Assembly (NCBI GenBank): GCA_965203515.1
Contig: OZ241907.1
Coordinates: 1,120,001 to 1,184,000, forward strand
From: Spirochaetia bacterium
GTDB taxonomy: Bacteria; Spirochaetota; Spirochaetia; SZUA-6; Bin103
Length of the DNA stretch: 64,000 bases
Direction: 5' to 3'
In this document: positions 30,030 to 40,295 of the stretch, piece after piece
How the letters are laid out: each line of letters begins with the position of its first letter
How positions within the stretch are numbered: position 1 is the stretch's first letter
The notes under the pieces: model-generated
Told to the model about the DNA's origin: nothing
What the model saw: the letters and a program-made list of their open reading frames with translations, nothing else
The model's database searches: none
Program-made: the position numbers and the translations under genes

Positions 30030-31301
30030 GTGCTGGGCGTGATGTCGCGCTACGTGGCGCGCGAGTTCCTGTACGCATTCCTGGTCGCCTTCTGCTTCTT
30101 CTTCTTCGTGTTCGTCGTCAACGTGCTGCTGGTCACCGCCGAGGATATCTTCGCGAACGAGGTGCCGATCGCGGAGGTGGCGCGCATGACGCTGTTCTCC
30201 ACGCCGTTGATCATATTCTTCTCGGCGCCGTTCGGGACGCTGCTGGGCGCGCTCATGGCGGTCAGCCGGCTGTCGGCCGACAACGAGATCATCGCCGTCA
30301 TGGCGGCCGGCATCTCCCTGCCGCGCCTGTTTCTGCCGTTGGCGGCCGCCGGCGTGGTGCTGGCCGCGCTGACCTTCGTCGCCAACGACGTCCTGGTGCC
30401 GGCGAGCACCATCGAGTTCAGCCGCGCCTACCGGCGTATGCTGGTCACCAATCCGTCGGTCGAGCTGGAGGCGTTCACCGTCGAACGCTACCAGGACACC
30501 ACGATAGTGACCGGTTCGATCGACGGCGGCACCATCGACACGCCGCTGATCCTGGACCGGACGGCCGCAGGCGCGCGCCTGATCATCGCCGGCAGCGCCT
30601 CCCTGGGCGTCAGTTCCACCCAGGACGGCGTGATCTCGCTGCACCTGCAGGACGTGTTCTCGCACGTCACGGACGATGACGGGGCCGACCACGAGTACCT
30701 GCGCGCCGACTCCATGGATTACAACATACTGCTGCGTGACGTCAGCCCGTCGCTGAGCGTGGCCGGTCCGCGTGAGATGAGCTCGGTCGACCTGTGGCGC
30801 GAGATACAGGGCATGCGCGAGCGGCTGCGCACCGCCGGCGCCGAGCGCGCCGAGGCGCAGGCCGCCGAACGGTATCGACTGCTCGGCGAGGTCGCCTCGG
30901 CCGAGGACACCGCCGGGACCGACCCCGCGCGCATGGCGGACGAGCGCGACCGGCTCGCCGGCATCGCCGCGCGCTTCGAGCACGACGCGCGCACTACCGC
31001 CTCGGAGCGCGATCTGCACACCTATCGGATGGAGTTTCACCGCAAGTTCGCGATACCGATGGCGTGCCTGGCGTTCGTGAGCCTGTCGCTTCCGTGCGGA
31101 CTGCTGGCGCGGCGGTCCGGCCGCACGTTCGGCTTCCTGATCGGGATCGGCATCTGCTTTCTCTACTGGACGCTGTTGATCCTCGGCGAGTCGAACGCCT
31201 GGCGCGCCGGCATCCCGCCGGCGGTGCCGGCCTGGCTGCCCAACGCCGTAGTGCTGGCGGCGGCGGGGGTGATCGCCGCGGCGGTCCGCCGGTCGCGATG
31301 A
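30030..31301 (+). CDS. lptF: LptF/LptG family permease (LptF-like)
   Basis: RYVAREFL, RLSADNEIIAVMAAGIS, EFHRKFAIP, AWLPN; SD GGAGGAGG. Confidence 0.88.
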   Translation: MLGVMSRYVAREFLYAFLVAFCFFFFVFVVNVLLVTAEDIFANEVPIAEVARMTLFSTPLIIFFSAPFGTLLGALMAVSRLSADNEIIAVMAAGISLPRLFLPLAAAGVVLAALTFVANDVLVPASTIEFSRAYRRMLVTNPSVELEAFTVERYQDTTIVTGSIDGGTIDTPLILDRTAAGARLIIAGSASLGVSSTQDGVISLHLQDVFSHVTDDDGADHEYLRADSMDYNILLRDVSPSLSVAGPREMSSVDLWREIQGMRERLRTAGAERAEAQAAERYRLLGEVASAEDTAGTDPARMADERDRLAGIAARFEHDARTTASERDLHTYRMEFHRKFAIPMACLAFVSLSLPCGLLARRSGRTFGFLIGIGICFLYWTLLILGESNAWRAGIPPAVPAWLPNAVVLAAAGVIAAAVRRSR

Positions 31302-32377
31302 CGATCCTGCAGCGCATGCTGGTGCGCGCCGTCCTGCCGGTGTTCGCGGCGGCGACGGTGCTCTTCGTGATGATCCTGGTGCTCGTCGACTTGTCGGCCA
31401 AGCTGTCGAGCTTCACGGCGAACGACGTGGGCATCGGCCGGATCCTGAGCATCGCCTGGCTGTACACGCCGACGGCGGTGCGCTACGCCGTGCCGATCGC
31501 CCTGCTGTTCGCGATCACCTATACGATCGGGACCATCCATGCCCGCAACGAGTTGATCGCCGTGCTCGGCGCCGGCGTCGGGTTGCGCCGGTTCATCAGC
31601 CCGCTGCTGCTCATCGGCTTGCTCGCCTGCCCGGCCCTGCTGCTGTTCGACGAGCGGGTCGGCGTCCCGGCGCTGCGCGCGTACCACGAACGGTACCGGG
31701 AGGCGGTCGATCGGCCTCTGTCGCTCAGCAACTCGGACGTGACGGTGATGGATGCCGGCGGCCGCCGCGTCTACCGCGCCGACTACTATGACGACCGCGA
31801 ACGCCTGCTGAACGGGCTGACCATCATCGAGCGCGACGGCGACGGCAGGTTCGCCGGCCGCACCGACGCCTCGCGCGCCGAGTGGATCGGCGACCATTGG
31901 ATGCTCTACGACGTTCGCCGCTACCGATGGGAAGATTCGACCGCGCAACGGATGATCCGGGACGACTTCGCGGAGCGGGCCGACCATCGCATCGCCGCTC
32001 CCGACACCTTTCGCGAAGAGTCGCGTGAGGTGGACGAGATGACCATGCGCGACGGGCTGGCGTGGGTGAGGACCCTGCGCCGCACCGGCCGGCCGTATCG
32101 GTCCGTGCAGACCGACGTCTACGCCAAGGCGGGATTCGCCGCGACGCCGCTGGTCGTGTCGGTGATCGCCGCGGCGGTCGGCGGCGTGCTCCGGCGCAAC
32201 GTGCTGCTGGCCAGCATGCTGGTCGCCCTGGCCGGCTCGGTAGGCTACTTCGTCCTGCAGATGGTGGCCCACATCCTGGCCAAGAGCGACGTGATACCGC
32301 CGCTGCTCGGCGCGGCGCTGTCCGCCATCGTGTTCCTGACCCTGGGATCGGCTCTGCTGCGGCGGGCGCGCACGTGA
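31298..32377 (+). CDS. lptG: LptF/LptG family permease (LptG-like)
   Basis: MTILQRML, PIALLFA, RNELIAVLGAGVG; paired with the preceding permease. Confidence 0.85.
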   Translation: MTILQRMLVRAVLPVFAAATVLFVMILVLVDLSAKLSSFTANDVGIGRILSIAWLYTPTAVRYAVPIALLFAITYTIGTIHARNELIAVLGAGVGLRRFISPLLLIGLLACPALLLFDERVGVPALRAYHERYREAVDRPLSLSNSDVTVMDAGGRRVYRADYYDDRERLLNGLTIIERDGDGRFAGRTDASRAEWIGDHWMLYDVRRYRWEDSTAQRMIRDDFAERADHRIAAPDTFREESREVDEMTMRDGLAWVRTLRRTGRPYRSVQTDVYAKAGFAATPLVVSVIAAAVGGVLRRNVLLASMLVALAGSVGYFVLQMVAHILAKSDVIPPLLGAALSAIVFLTLGSALLRRART

Positions 32378-33510
32378 GCTTCCAGGTCACCGCCCGCGAC
32401 CCGCTTACCCCGGCGCGGGCGGCGACGTTGCGCCTTCCGCACGGCGCGGTGCGCACCCCGGCGTTCATGCCGGTGGGAACCAACGCCTCGGTCAAGGCGA
32501 TCTGGCCGCGCGATCTCACCGGCCTCGACTACCGGATGATCCTGGCCAACTCCTACCACCTCTACCTGCGTCCCGGCGCCGGCGAGGTGGCGCGTCTCGG
32601 CGGCCTGCACCGCTTCATGGCGTGGACCGGGAATCTGCTGACCGACTCCGGGGGGTTCCAGGTCTTCTCGCTGGCATCGTTGCGCGCGGTCGACCAGGAT
32701 GGGGTCTCCTTTCGATCGCACCTGGACGGCTCGCTCCACCGGTTGACGCCTGAGTCGGTCGTCGACGTGCAGACCGCGCTCGGCAGCGACGTCATGATGC
32801 CGCTCGACGTCTGCGCACCGGCCGGCGTCGACCACGCGGCCGCCGCGGAGGCCGAGGAGGCGACCGCTCGTTGGGCGGCCCGATCCGCCGCGCGGTGGCG
32901 GCGCACCGGCGGCTCCCGGCGCCAGCAGCTCTGGGGAATCGTGCAGGGCGGCCACTTCCTCGACCTGCGCGCCCGGTCGGCGGGGCGCATCCGGGACCTG
33001 GACCTGCCGGGGACGGCGATCGGCGGCCTGTCGCTCGGCGAATCGCCGGCTCGCTTCGAGGCGACCGTCGCGCATACCGCGGCGCTGCTCGACCCGGCGC
33101 GGCCCCGCTACCTGATGGGGGTCGGCAGCCCTGACCTGATCCTGTGCGGGGTCGAGCACGGCGTGGACCTGTTCGATTCGGTCTATCCGACGCGCATCGC
33201 CCGCAACGCGCAGGCGCTCACGCACGCCGGCCCCCTGTCGCTGCGCTCCGGGCCCGCGTCGCTGCAGGACGAGCCGCTCGACGCCGGTTGCGCGTGCGCG
33301 GTGTGCGCGGCGCACAGCCGCGCGTACCTCCGTCACCTCTTCAAGGCGCGCGAGATCATGGCCGCGGTGCTCACCACCTACCACAATCTGGCGTTCCTGG
33401 CCGCCCTGATGGAGGCGGCGCGGCAGGCGATCCTCGCCGGCCGCTTCGCCGCCTTCAAGCGCGGCGTGCTGCAGCGCTATCGACGTCGGCCGGGCGAAGC
33501 CGGTTCGTGA
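32374..33510 (+). CDS. tgt: tRNA-guanine transglycosylase
   Basis: TPAFMPVGT, LANSYHL, TDSGGFQVFSL, IVQGG, PRYLMGVG, CACAVC zinc site. Confidence 0.97.
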   Translation: MSFQVTARDPLTPARAATLRLPHGAVRTPAFMPVGTNASVKAIWPRDLTGLDYRMILANSYHLYLRPGAGEVARLGGLHRFMAWTGNLLTDSGGFQVFSLASLRAVDQDGVSFRSHLDGSLHRLTPESVVDVQTALGSDVMMPLDVCAPAGVDHAAAAEAEEATARWAARSAARWRRTGGSRRQQLWGIVQGGHFLDLRARSAGRIRDLDLPGTAIGGLSLGESPARFEATVAHTAALLDPARPRYLMGVGSPDLILCGVEHGVDLFDSVYPTRIARNAQALTHAGPLSLRSGPASLQDEPLDAGCACAVCAAHSRAYLRHLFKAREIMAAVLTTYHNLAFLAALMEAARQAILAGRFAAFKRGVLQRYRRRPGEAGS

Positions 33511-33531
33511 GCGGTCCATGAGCGCCGGCTC

Positions 33532-35091
33532 GTGAGCGCGGAGCCGGCCGCGGACCACGCCGACGCCGACGCGATCGAACGGACCGCGGCGGTGCTGATG
33601 GTCTGCACGGCGGCCAGTCGGGTGCTCGGCTACCTGCGCCAGGCGCTGATCGCCGCCGCGTTCGGCGCCGGCGGCCAGGCTGACGTCTTCCACGCCCTGT
33701 TTCAGGTTCCCAACAGCCTGCGCCGGCTGCTGGCCGAGGGGGCGTTTTCGGCCGCGCTGGTCCCGGCGCTGGCGCGCGAGCGCGACCCGCAGGAGCAGGT
33801 CGCGCTCGCGCGCTCGGCGTTCGCGCTGCAGCTTGCCGTCACCGTGCCGGTGATCGGACTGGCGGTGCTGGCCGCCGGTCCTATCACCCGCGTGCTGTTC
33901 GCCTTTCCCGAACCGGAGAAGATGGCCAGCGCCGCCGGCCTGTTCCGGGTGATGATGCCGTACGCGGCGCTGGCGGGCGGGGCCGCCGTGCTCATGGGAG
34001 GCCTGCACGCGCGCGGTGCGTTCGTGGTCCCGGCGCTGGCGCCGCTGCTCTTCTCGGCCGGCATGATCGCCTCGATCCTGACGCTGGCGCAGCCGCTCGG
34101 CATCTACGCGGCGGCGGTGGGGGTGATCGCCGGCGGCCTCTTGCAGCTCCTGTTCCAGGTGCCGAGCTTCCTGCGGCACGGGTTTCGCGTGGCGCCGCGC
34201 CTGCGGTTCGACGCCGGGGTGCGCCGGATCGTCCGCGCGTGGGGGCCGGCGGTGGCGTCCGCGCTGGTCTTCGCGGTCATGCAGGCGGTGGCGTACCGGC
34301 TGGCGAGCGGCTTGGCCGACGGCAGCGCCAGCGCGATCAGCAACGCGGTGTTCTTCTACCAGTTGCCGCTGGGCGTGTTGTCGGTATCGGTGGTGACCGC
34401 CGCGTTCCCCCGGCTGGCCGCGCTGGCGGCCGCCGACCGGCACGCCGAGCTGCGCCTGCGCACGACGGACGGCATGGTGACCCTGGCGGCCCTCCTGGTG
34501 CCGGCGGCGGTCGTCTATCTGCTGCTGGGCGGCGCGATCGTGCACGCCGGGCTGCAGCGCGGGCGCTTCGATGCGGAGGCGACCGCGCTGACCGCCGCGG
34601 TGCTGCGCGGCTTTGCCATCGGATTGCCTAGCGTTGGCATATTTACCTTCTTGCAAAGGCTTTGTTACGCGGTCGACGAACCCGGCCGGGCGCTGTGGGC
34701 GGCGGTTGCGGTCGGCGTCATCGACATCGGCCTGTCGCTGTGGTGGCAGGAGACGCTGGGCGTGACCGGCCTGGCGCTGGCCAACTCCGCGGCGTTCACC
34801 GCCGGCGCGATCCTGCTGGCCCTGCCGTCGCGGCGCGTCGCCTGGTCGAAGCTGGGGAAGGGGACCCTGCAGGTTGCGGCGGGAACGGCGCCGGCGGCCG
34901 CTCTCATGTGGATCGTCTCAGCGGGGTTGCCGGCCCCCGCGCGGGAGCCGGCAACCCCGCTGCAGGCTGCGTTGCTGACCGGGAGCGTCGTCGCCGCCGC
35001 GGCGCTGACGCTGGTGACCTACCGGCTCACCGGTCTGCCGTTCGTCCGGCAGCTCATCGCACGCCGCCGCGGCGCGTCCGCCGAGCGCTGA
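33532..35091 (+). CDS. murJ: Lipid II flippase MurJ/MviN
   Basis: SRVLGYLR, FGAG, PNSLRRLLAEGAFS, QLPLGV, RGRFD. Confidence 0.95.
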   Translation: MSAEPAADHADADAIERTAAVLMVCTAASRVLGYLRQALIAAAFGAGGQADVFHALFQVPNSLRRLLAEGAFSAALVPALARERDPQEQVALARSAFALQLAVTVPVIGLAVLAAGPITRVLFAFPEPEKMASAAGLFRVMMPYAALAGGAAVLMGGLHARGAFVVPALAPLLFSAGMIASILTLAQPLGIYAAAVGVIAGGLLQLLFQVPSFLRHGFRVAPRLRFDAGVRRIVRAWGPAVASALVFAVMQAVAYRLASGLADGSASAISNAVFFYQLPLGVLSVSVVTAAFPRLAALAAADRHAELRLRTTDGMVTLAALLVPAAVVYLLLGGAIVHAGLQRGRFDAEATALTAAVLRGFAIGLPSVGIFTFLQRLCYAVDEPGRALWAAVAVGVIDIGLSLWWQETLGVTGLALANSAAFTAGAILLALPSRRVAWSKLGKGTLQVAAGTAPAAALMWIVSAGLPAPAREPATPLQAALLTGSVVAAAALTLVTYRLTGLPFVRQLIARRRGASAER

Positions 35092-35131
35092 CGCTCGCCG
35101 AGCGTTGCGCCGGAGATAGACGGCGCGCGTT

Positions 35132-37879
35132 TCAGAGCCCTTCGGCCCGCTCTATGCTTTCCACCCGATAGTGGAACGGCTTCTCGTTGATGGTGAACTG
35201 CAGGACGTCGGCCCGCCGGTGGCTCCACAGCTCGGCGCCGAGCGGCGAGAGGTAGGAGATCACGTTTCTGGCCGGATCCGACTCCCACGGCCCCAGGATG
35301 GTGAACCGCTCGTGGCCGCCGGTGGCGACGTTGGCCAGCAGCACCGTGGTGCCGAAGGAGACGACCTGATCGTCGACCTGGTTATGGTCGAAGATCTGCG
35401 CTTCCTGCAGATCCTCCTGCAGCCGCGAGGCGGCGCTCTTCAGCAGCTCCTGTTTTTCCAGCGCGGCCTTGTACTCGGCGTTCTCGCGCAGATCGCCCTT
35501 CTGCATCGCCGCGCCGATCTCCTTCGAGTTGAGCGGTATCTCGGTCTCGATCAGGTGGCGGAGCTCGCGCTGCTTGGCCTCATAGCCGCCGCGCGTGACC
35601 AGCAGACCCGCCCGCGTGCGCTCGACGGCGAGCGGCTCGCCGGCCGACTCGAACTCCGGAAACCGATCCGTGATCTTCTCCTTCAGGCGGATCTTGATCG
35701 ACGGATCCAGGTGCTCGATGTCGGCGAGCATCGCATAGATGCGCGTGATCGTCTCCAGGTCGGCGTGCAGGGTGAACTTGAGCAGATTGCCGTCCTTGAA
35801 CAGATAGTCATGAATCTGCTTGTTGATGCGGCGGCTGACCGAGACGTCGCGCCGGTTTTCGATGTCGCGATAGGTGAGATCGAGCAGATGCATCAGGGCG
35901 GTCAGGCATTTCTCCCGCCGGGCGGCCACGCCGGCAAACCACGTTTCGCCCTCGCAGTTGCGCAGCAGCCACACGAACGACTCACGCAGGTCGCGGTAGT
36001 TGTCGAACACCCTGGCGGCGATCCGCTCCAGCGAGTCGAACTCCTCGTGGTTGACCAGCTCGTCTACCAGCAGCCGGCTCGGCTGCAGATAGAAGAACCG
36101 GGAATAGACCGCCGGCCAGTCGGCGATCTCCTCGCGCACGTGCGCCAGGAAGTCCTTGCGCAGCTCGTTGTTGTCCAGCGCCAGGAACAGCTCCTCCAGA
36201 TCGTCGACCTGGGCCAACAGCTCGCCGAACTCCATGTCGACGCCGACCGCCAGGTAGGGATGCTTCCTGCCGATCTGCTGCACCAGCAGGAAACTGGCGA
36301 TCACCTGATCGTTCACCACCGTATACGCCTTCAGGAAGCCGCTGAAGTAGGAGAACATCTCGCTGAAGTACTCCGAGTCGGGGCCGGCGTTGCGCAGGTA
36401 GTCCTGCAGGATCGCGACCCGCCCGAAGAACGACTTCTCCGCGGAGAACTTGTTGAAGGTCTTCTCTTCGTAGGAGATCGGCGTGTCGCGCACCACGTAG
36501 GTATCGAGCTTCTCCTCGTGGCTGCCGAACGATGGATCGGTCTTCAGGATGCGCCGCGCCGCGGTGCTCCACTTGGACCACTCGGAGGCGGTCAGGATGC
36601 GCGGCACCAGCTCCAGCTTGATGCGCTTCATGTCCGCCTGGTTGCCGAAGCTCCTGATGATGGCGCGCAGCGTGCCGGCCGGATCGCGCTTGACGCCGGC
36701 GCGCAGCTTGGCGCGAGAAGTGGTGGCCTTGCGCACCCAGAAATGGTCCTTGGCCAGGATCTTCAGGGCGCTGACCGCCATCTTCAGCGACATGCGGTGG
36801 TTGCGCCGGTTTGGAAAATCGATGGTGATCTCGTCGTCGTCGATCGCGGAGATGCGGCCGATGCCCCAGCTGCGGTGAAAGACGAAGTTGCCGGCATCGA
36901 AGGCGATGTGCTTTTCGAATTCCGCGATCGCCTCGTGGACGTTGCGCCACGACTGCGTCAGGTTGGAGATGCGCAGGTATTCGTCCAGGTGGCTGTGGCC
37001 GGCGTATTTCTCGGTATATGCCTCGGCGATCTGCGCGCGCGCTTCGGCGTTCTTCGGCTCGTACCGCAGGATGCGCTTGAGGATCTCGATGGTGGTGCCC
37101 CAGTCCTCCTTTTCGTAGTAGTGCGGGTACAGCGACTCGAGCAGCGCCACCGCCCGTTCCTCGCTGACCGTGCGCGCGACCTTGCGCTCGAGCTGCAGAT
37201 AGAACTCGATCTCGTCGGGCTGGTGCTCGATCAGCTTGTCCCAGACCTCCTTGATGTTCGCGTAGTTGCGCTTGTTGATGTAGCGGTGCAGCGCCTTGCG
37301 GTAGTAGTTGACCGCGCCGTCAAGGTCGCCGGACTGCTCGCGGTTGCGGGCCAGCACCTTGACGAAGTCCGCCTCCTCGTAATCGACGCGTATCAGGCGC
37401 TCGTAGACGCGGAGCTTGGACGCCTCCTCGTTCTTGTTGTCGTAGCTCTCCGCCAGCGTGCGTAGCGCGAACCGGTTCTCGCCGAACTCCAGGATGCGGT
37501 TGCACAGAAACTCGACGATGTTCCACTTGTGGTTGTCGGTGAAGATGTTCACCAGCAGGATCAGGTTGGAATCGTCCACCAGCCGGCGGCTGATCGACAC
37601 GATGCCGGACAGGTACAGGGCGATGATGCTGTTGCGGTTGCTGCGCAGATGGTCTTCGCACAGCTCCAGCAGCTCGGTCTCATGTCGTTCCTGTCCGGCG
37701 GCCGCCAGCACTTCGTCCAGCTCGACGAAGTTGGCGGTGACGTAGCTGTTCAGGGCTGCGCGCGTCCATTTTTCCTGATTGAGCAGCTCGGTGACCTTGG
37801 CGGTCAGGCGGCCGGCGCCGGTATCGGTATCGGTATCGGTGGTCGTCTCGGTCGGTGTATCCGTCACTGCGGGCGTCAT
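35132..37879 (-). CDS. greA: Long (spirochaete-type) transcription elongation factor GreA, ~915 aa
   Basis: C-terminal GDLRENAEYKAA, VSFGTTV, ILGPWESDP, ISYLSPLG; ~750-aa helical N-terminal extension; SD GAGGT before ATG. Confidence 0.92.
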   Translation of the reverse strand: MTPAVTDTPTETTTDTDTDTGAGRLTAKVTELLNQEKWTRAALNSYVTANFVELDEVLAAAGQERHETELLELCEDHLRSNRNSIIALYLSGIVSISRRLVDDSNLILLVNIFTDNHKWNIVEFLCNRILEFGENRFALRTLAESYDNKNEEASKLRVYERLIRVDYEEADFVKVLARNREQSGDLDGAVNYYRKALHRYINKRNYANIKEVWDKLIEHQPDEIEFYLQLERKVARTVSEERAVALLESLYPHYYEKEDWGTTIEILKRILRYEPKNAEARAQIAEAYTEKYAGHSHLDEYLRISNLTQSWRNVHEAIAEFEKHIAFDAGNFVFHRSWGIGRISAIDDDEITIDFPNRRNHRMSLKMAVSALKILAKDHFWVRKATTSRAKLRAGVKRDPAGTLRAIIRSFGNQADMKRIKLELVPRILTASEWSKWSTAARRILKTDPSFGSHEEKLDTYVVRDTPISYEEKTFNKFSAEKSFFGRVAILQDYLRNAGPDSEYFSEMFSYFSGFLKAYTVVNDQVIASFLLVQQIGRKHPYLAVGVDMEFGELLAQVDDLEELFLALDNNELRKDFLAHVREEIADWPAVYSRFFYLQPSRLLVDELVNHEEFDSLERIAARVFDNYRDLRESFVWLLRNCEGETWFAGVAARREKCLTALMHLLDLTYRDIENRRDVSVSRRINKQIHDYLFKDGNLLKFTLHADLETITRIYAMLADIEHLDPSIKIRLKEKITDRFPEFESAGEPLAVERTRAGLLVTRGGYEAKQRELRHLIETEIPLNSKEIGAAMQKGDLRENAEYKAALEKQELLKSAASRLQEDLQEAQIFDHNQVDDQVVSFGTTVLLANVATGGHERFTILGPWESDPARNVISYLSPLGAELWSHRRADVLQFTINEKPFHYRVESIERAEGL

Positions 37880-37955
37880 GCTTACCTCGGTTGCGGCGCG
37901 TCCTTGCGGCGCGGGCGTTGGTTTCCCATGCGGCTGGGTTTCTCGTTTCGTCTCG

Positions 37956-38909
37956 CTATCGAACGTACTCGTCGTGAACCTGACGGTCCAGATCGCGGAT
38001 CTTCGCCAGCACTTCGTCGATGCGGGGCTGCGCCTCGCCGGTGACGACGTAGTGATCGATGAGCCAGAAATAGTGGTTGAGCAGGCGAGGGATGGTCTGC
38101 GGCGGCGCGGCGTCTTCGGCAAGGCCGCGCTCCATGGAGAAGATCGTCTGCTTGAGGTGGCCCAACTCCAGGGGCTTGAGCACGCGCTTCACGGAAAAGA
38201 GCCCGCGCAGCGTGGCGTAGACCGGCAGCCATGCGGCGATCTCCCCGGCCGGCCGGCCGGCTTGCTCCATGGCGGCGATCAGCCGGCGTATGGCCGGCGA
38301 TTCGAGCCGGTCGAGCCGCACCGCCTCCGCGTCGATGAAGAACGCCTCGCGGAACAGCACGCGCGCGTTGCGTTCTTCATCGATCGATGCGTAGCAATCG
38401 GCCAACTCGGCCAGGATCGCCGGAGCTCGGGGCCGCTTCCGGCCGGCGAGCTGCAGGTGCTCGATGGCGCTCGCGTAGTCTCCCAGGTCCTTGTGGCAGC
38501 GCGCCAGGCGCAGCAGCAGCCCCGCATCTTCCCGCTCCGGATGCATCTCCTGCAGGTTGCGGTAGCCGTGCAGGCACTCGGCCATCACGTACCGCCGGAT
38601 GTCGAGGATCGTACGCTCCGACACCTCCTCCAGGGGCCCGGCGAACCGCTGAAAGATGTCCCATTGCTGCTCCAGGTACTCGGCCCGCTCGTACGGGTCG
38701 GTGATGGTCGCCAGACGCGCCTCGCGCTCCTGCCAGAAGGTCGCGCACTTCAACGCCGACGCGATGCTGGTGAGCTCCGCGTCCAGACGCAACGCCCGCT
38801 CCAGCACGCGAATCGCCTTCGAGAAGGTCCCTTCGCGCAAGCACGCGTTGGCACGGTTGACCAGATGCGCTACCTCGTTGGCCGTAAAACTGAGTTGCCG
38901 CTCGGCCAT
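37956..38909 (-). CDS. Conserved TPR-repeat protein upstream of greA
   Basis: TPR-like helices (KAIRVLERAL, LARCHKDLGDYASAIEHL, LAELADCYA); high GC3. Confidence 0.75.
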   Translation of the reverse strand: MAERQLSFTANEVAHLVNRANACLREGTFSKAIRVLERALRLDAELTSIASALKCATFWQEREARLATITDPYERAEYLEQQWDIFQRFAGPLEEVSERTILDIRRYVMAECLHGYRNLQEMHPEREDAGLLLRLARCHKDLGDYASAIEHLQLAGRKRPRAPAILAELADCYASIDEERNARVLFREAFFIDAEAVRLDRLESPAIRRLIAAMEQAGRPAGEIAAWLPVYATLRGLFSVKRVLKPLELGHLKQTIFSMERGLAEDAAPPQTIPRLLNHYFWLIDHYVVTGEAQPRIDEVLAKIRDLDRQVHDEYVR

Positions 38910-39001
38910 CCGTGTCCGCCAGTATGCGCTGATCGCCGGCCGCCCGTCAAACCCGCCGACCGCTCTGGGCACGCGCTCGCGCGCGGCGCTACCATGGCGT
39001 C

Positions 39002-39778
39002 ATGGGGCAGGCAGCCATCCAACCGGCCAGCACCGCCGGGACCGGCGCCGCGCGGACCGGCGCGCGCGGGTCCGCACCCCGCCCGCCGGCGCAGGTGGCG
39101 CCGTCGCTGTTGTCGGCCGACTTCGGGCATCTGGCGCGCGCGCTTGCGACCGTCGAGCAGGCGCCCGCCGACCTGGTCCACCTGGACGTCATGGACGGCA
39201 GCTTCGTGGACGAGATCACCTTCGGCGCCAAGTTGATCGCCGACCTGCGCCCCCGTTCGACGCTGCCGTTCGACGTGCACCTGATGGTGCGGGAGCCGGC
39301 GCGGCACGTCGAACGCTTCGCGGCGGCGGGCGCCGACCTGATCACCGTCCACCTCGAAGCATGCCGCGCCGCCGGTAACGACGCGCGGCCGCTGTTGCAG
39401 ACGATCCGGGCCGGCGGCGCGCGCGCCGGGATCGCGATCTCGCCGCCGACGCCGGCGGCCGCCCTGGAGCCGCTGCTCGACGTCATCGATCTGGCGCTGG
39501 TGATGACGGTGCACCCCGGCGCCGGGGGCCAGCCGCTCATATCGTCGTGCCTGGACAAGGCGCGGGCGCTCGCCGATCGCCGCGATCGGTCCGGGCAGGC
39601 GTTCCTGATCTCGGCCGACGGCGGCCTGCACCGCGGCAACCTGCCCGCCGCCGCGGCGGCGGGCATCGACATCGCCGTCATCGGCTCGGCGATCTGGCGA
39701 GCGCCGGTCCCCGCCGAGGAGATCCGGGCGATCCGCGCCGTGCTCCGGGCAGGCGGGCCGGCCGGCGGCGCGGCGTGA
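39002..39778 (+). CDS. rpe: Ribulose-phosphate 3-epimerase
   Basis: APSLLSADF, HLDVMDG.FV, DVHLMV, ITVHLE, MTVHPGAGGQ, DGG. Confidence 0.95.
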   Translation: MGQAAIQPASTAGTGAARTGARGSAPRPPAQVAPSLLSADFGHLARALATVEQAPADLVHLDVMDGSFVDEITFGAKLIADLRPRSTLPFDVHLMVREPARHVERFAAAGADLITVHLEACRAAGNDARPLLQTIRAGGARAGIAISPPTPAAALEPLLDVIDLALVMTVHPGAGGQPLISSCLDKARALADRRDRSGQAFLISADGGLHRGNLPAAAAAGIDIAVIGSAIWRAPVPAEEIRAIRAVLRAGGPAGGAA

Positions 39779-40218
39779 GCGGGCGGGCGGGCCGGCCGCT
39801 GCGCCGAGCCGCGTCGCTGGCCCGGCAGCGGCGGTTCGCCGAGCAGATACGCCTGTTGGTGCCGCAGGTCTACCGGTTCCGCGACAGCGCCCGCTTCTAT
39901 CGCTTGCTGGGCGTGGCCTGCCTCCGTACCGGCGATAGCCGGGCGGCGCGCTCCTTTCTCCTGCGCGCCGCGCAGCTCTCCTCCCACGACATCGGCGTGC
40001 GCCTCGCCCTGTGCGCGCTGCACGCCCGGGAGGGCGACGTGGACCGCGCTCTGCATGGATGGCTCGAGATCCTGGAAGCCGACCCGGCCAACCGGGCGGC
40101 CAGACGCGGGCTGGCGATTCTGCGCGCCGGGACGCCCGACGAGCTGGTCAGGATCGCCGGCTCCAACGGCGTGGAACCGCTGCTCGCGCCGCGGCCGGCG
40201 CGCTGGTGGCGGCGGTGA
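39775..40218 (+). CDS. Small TPR-repeat protein
   Basis: LLGVACLRTGD..AARSFLLRA, ALHGWLEILEADPAN; GTG overlaps rpe stop. Confidence 0.7.
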   Translation: MSGRAGRPLRRAASLARQRRFAEQIRLLVPQVYRFRDSARFYRLLGVACLRTGDSRAARSFLLRAAQLSSHDIGVRLALCALHAREGDVDRALHGWLEILEADPANRAARRGLAILRAGTPDELVRIAGSNGVEPLLAPRPARWWRR

Positions 40219-40295
40219 CCTGATGGGACCGAGCGCCGCGGCGGACGGCCCGACGAGAGCCGGGTCGCCGGGAGCGAGCCGATGAGAGCGAGCCG

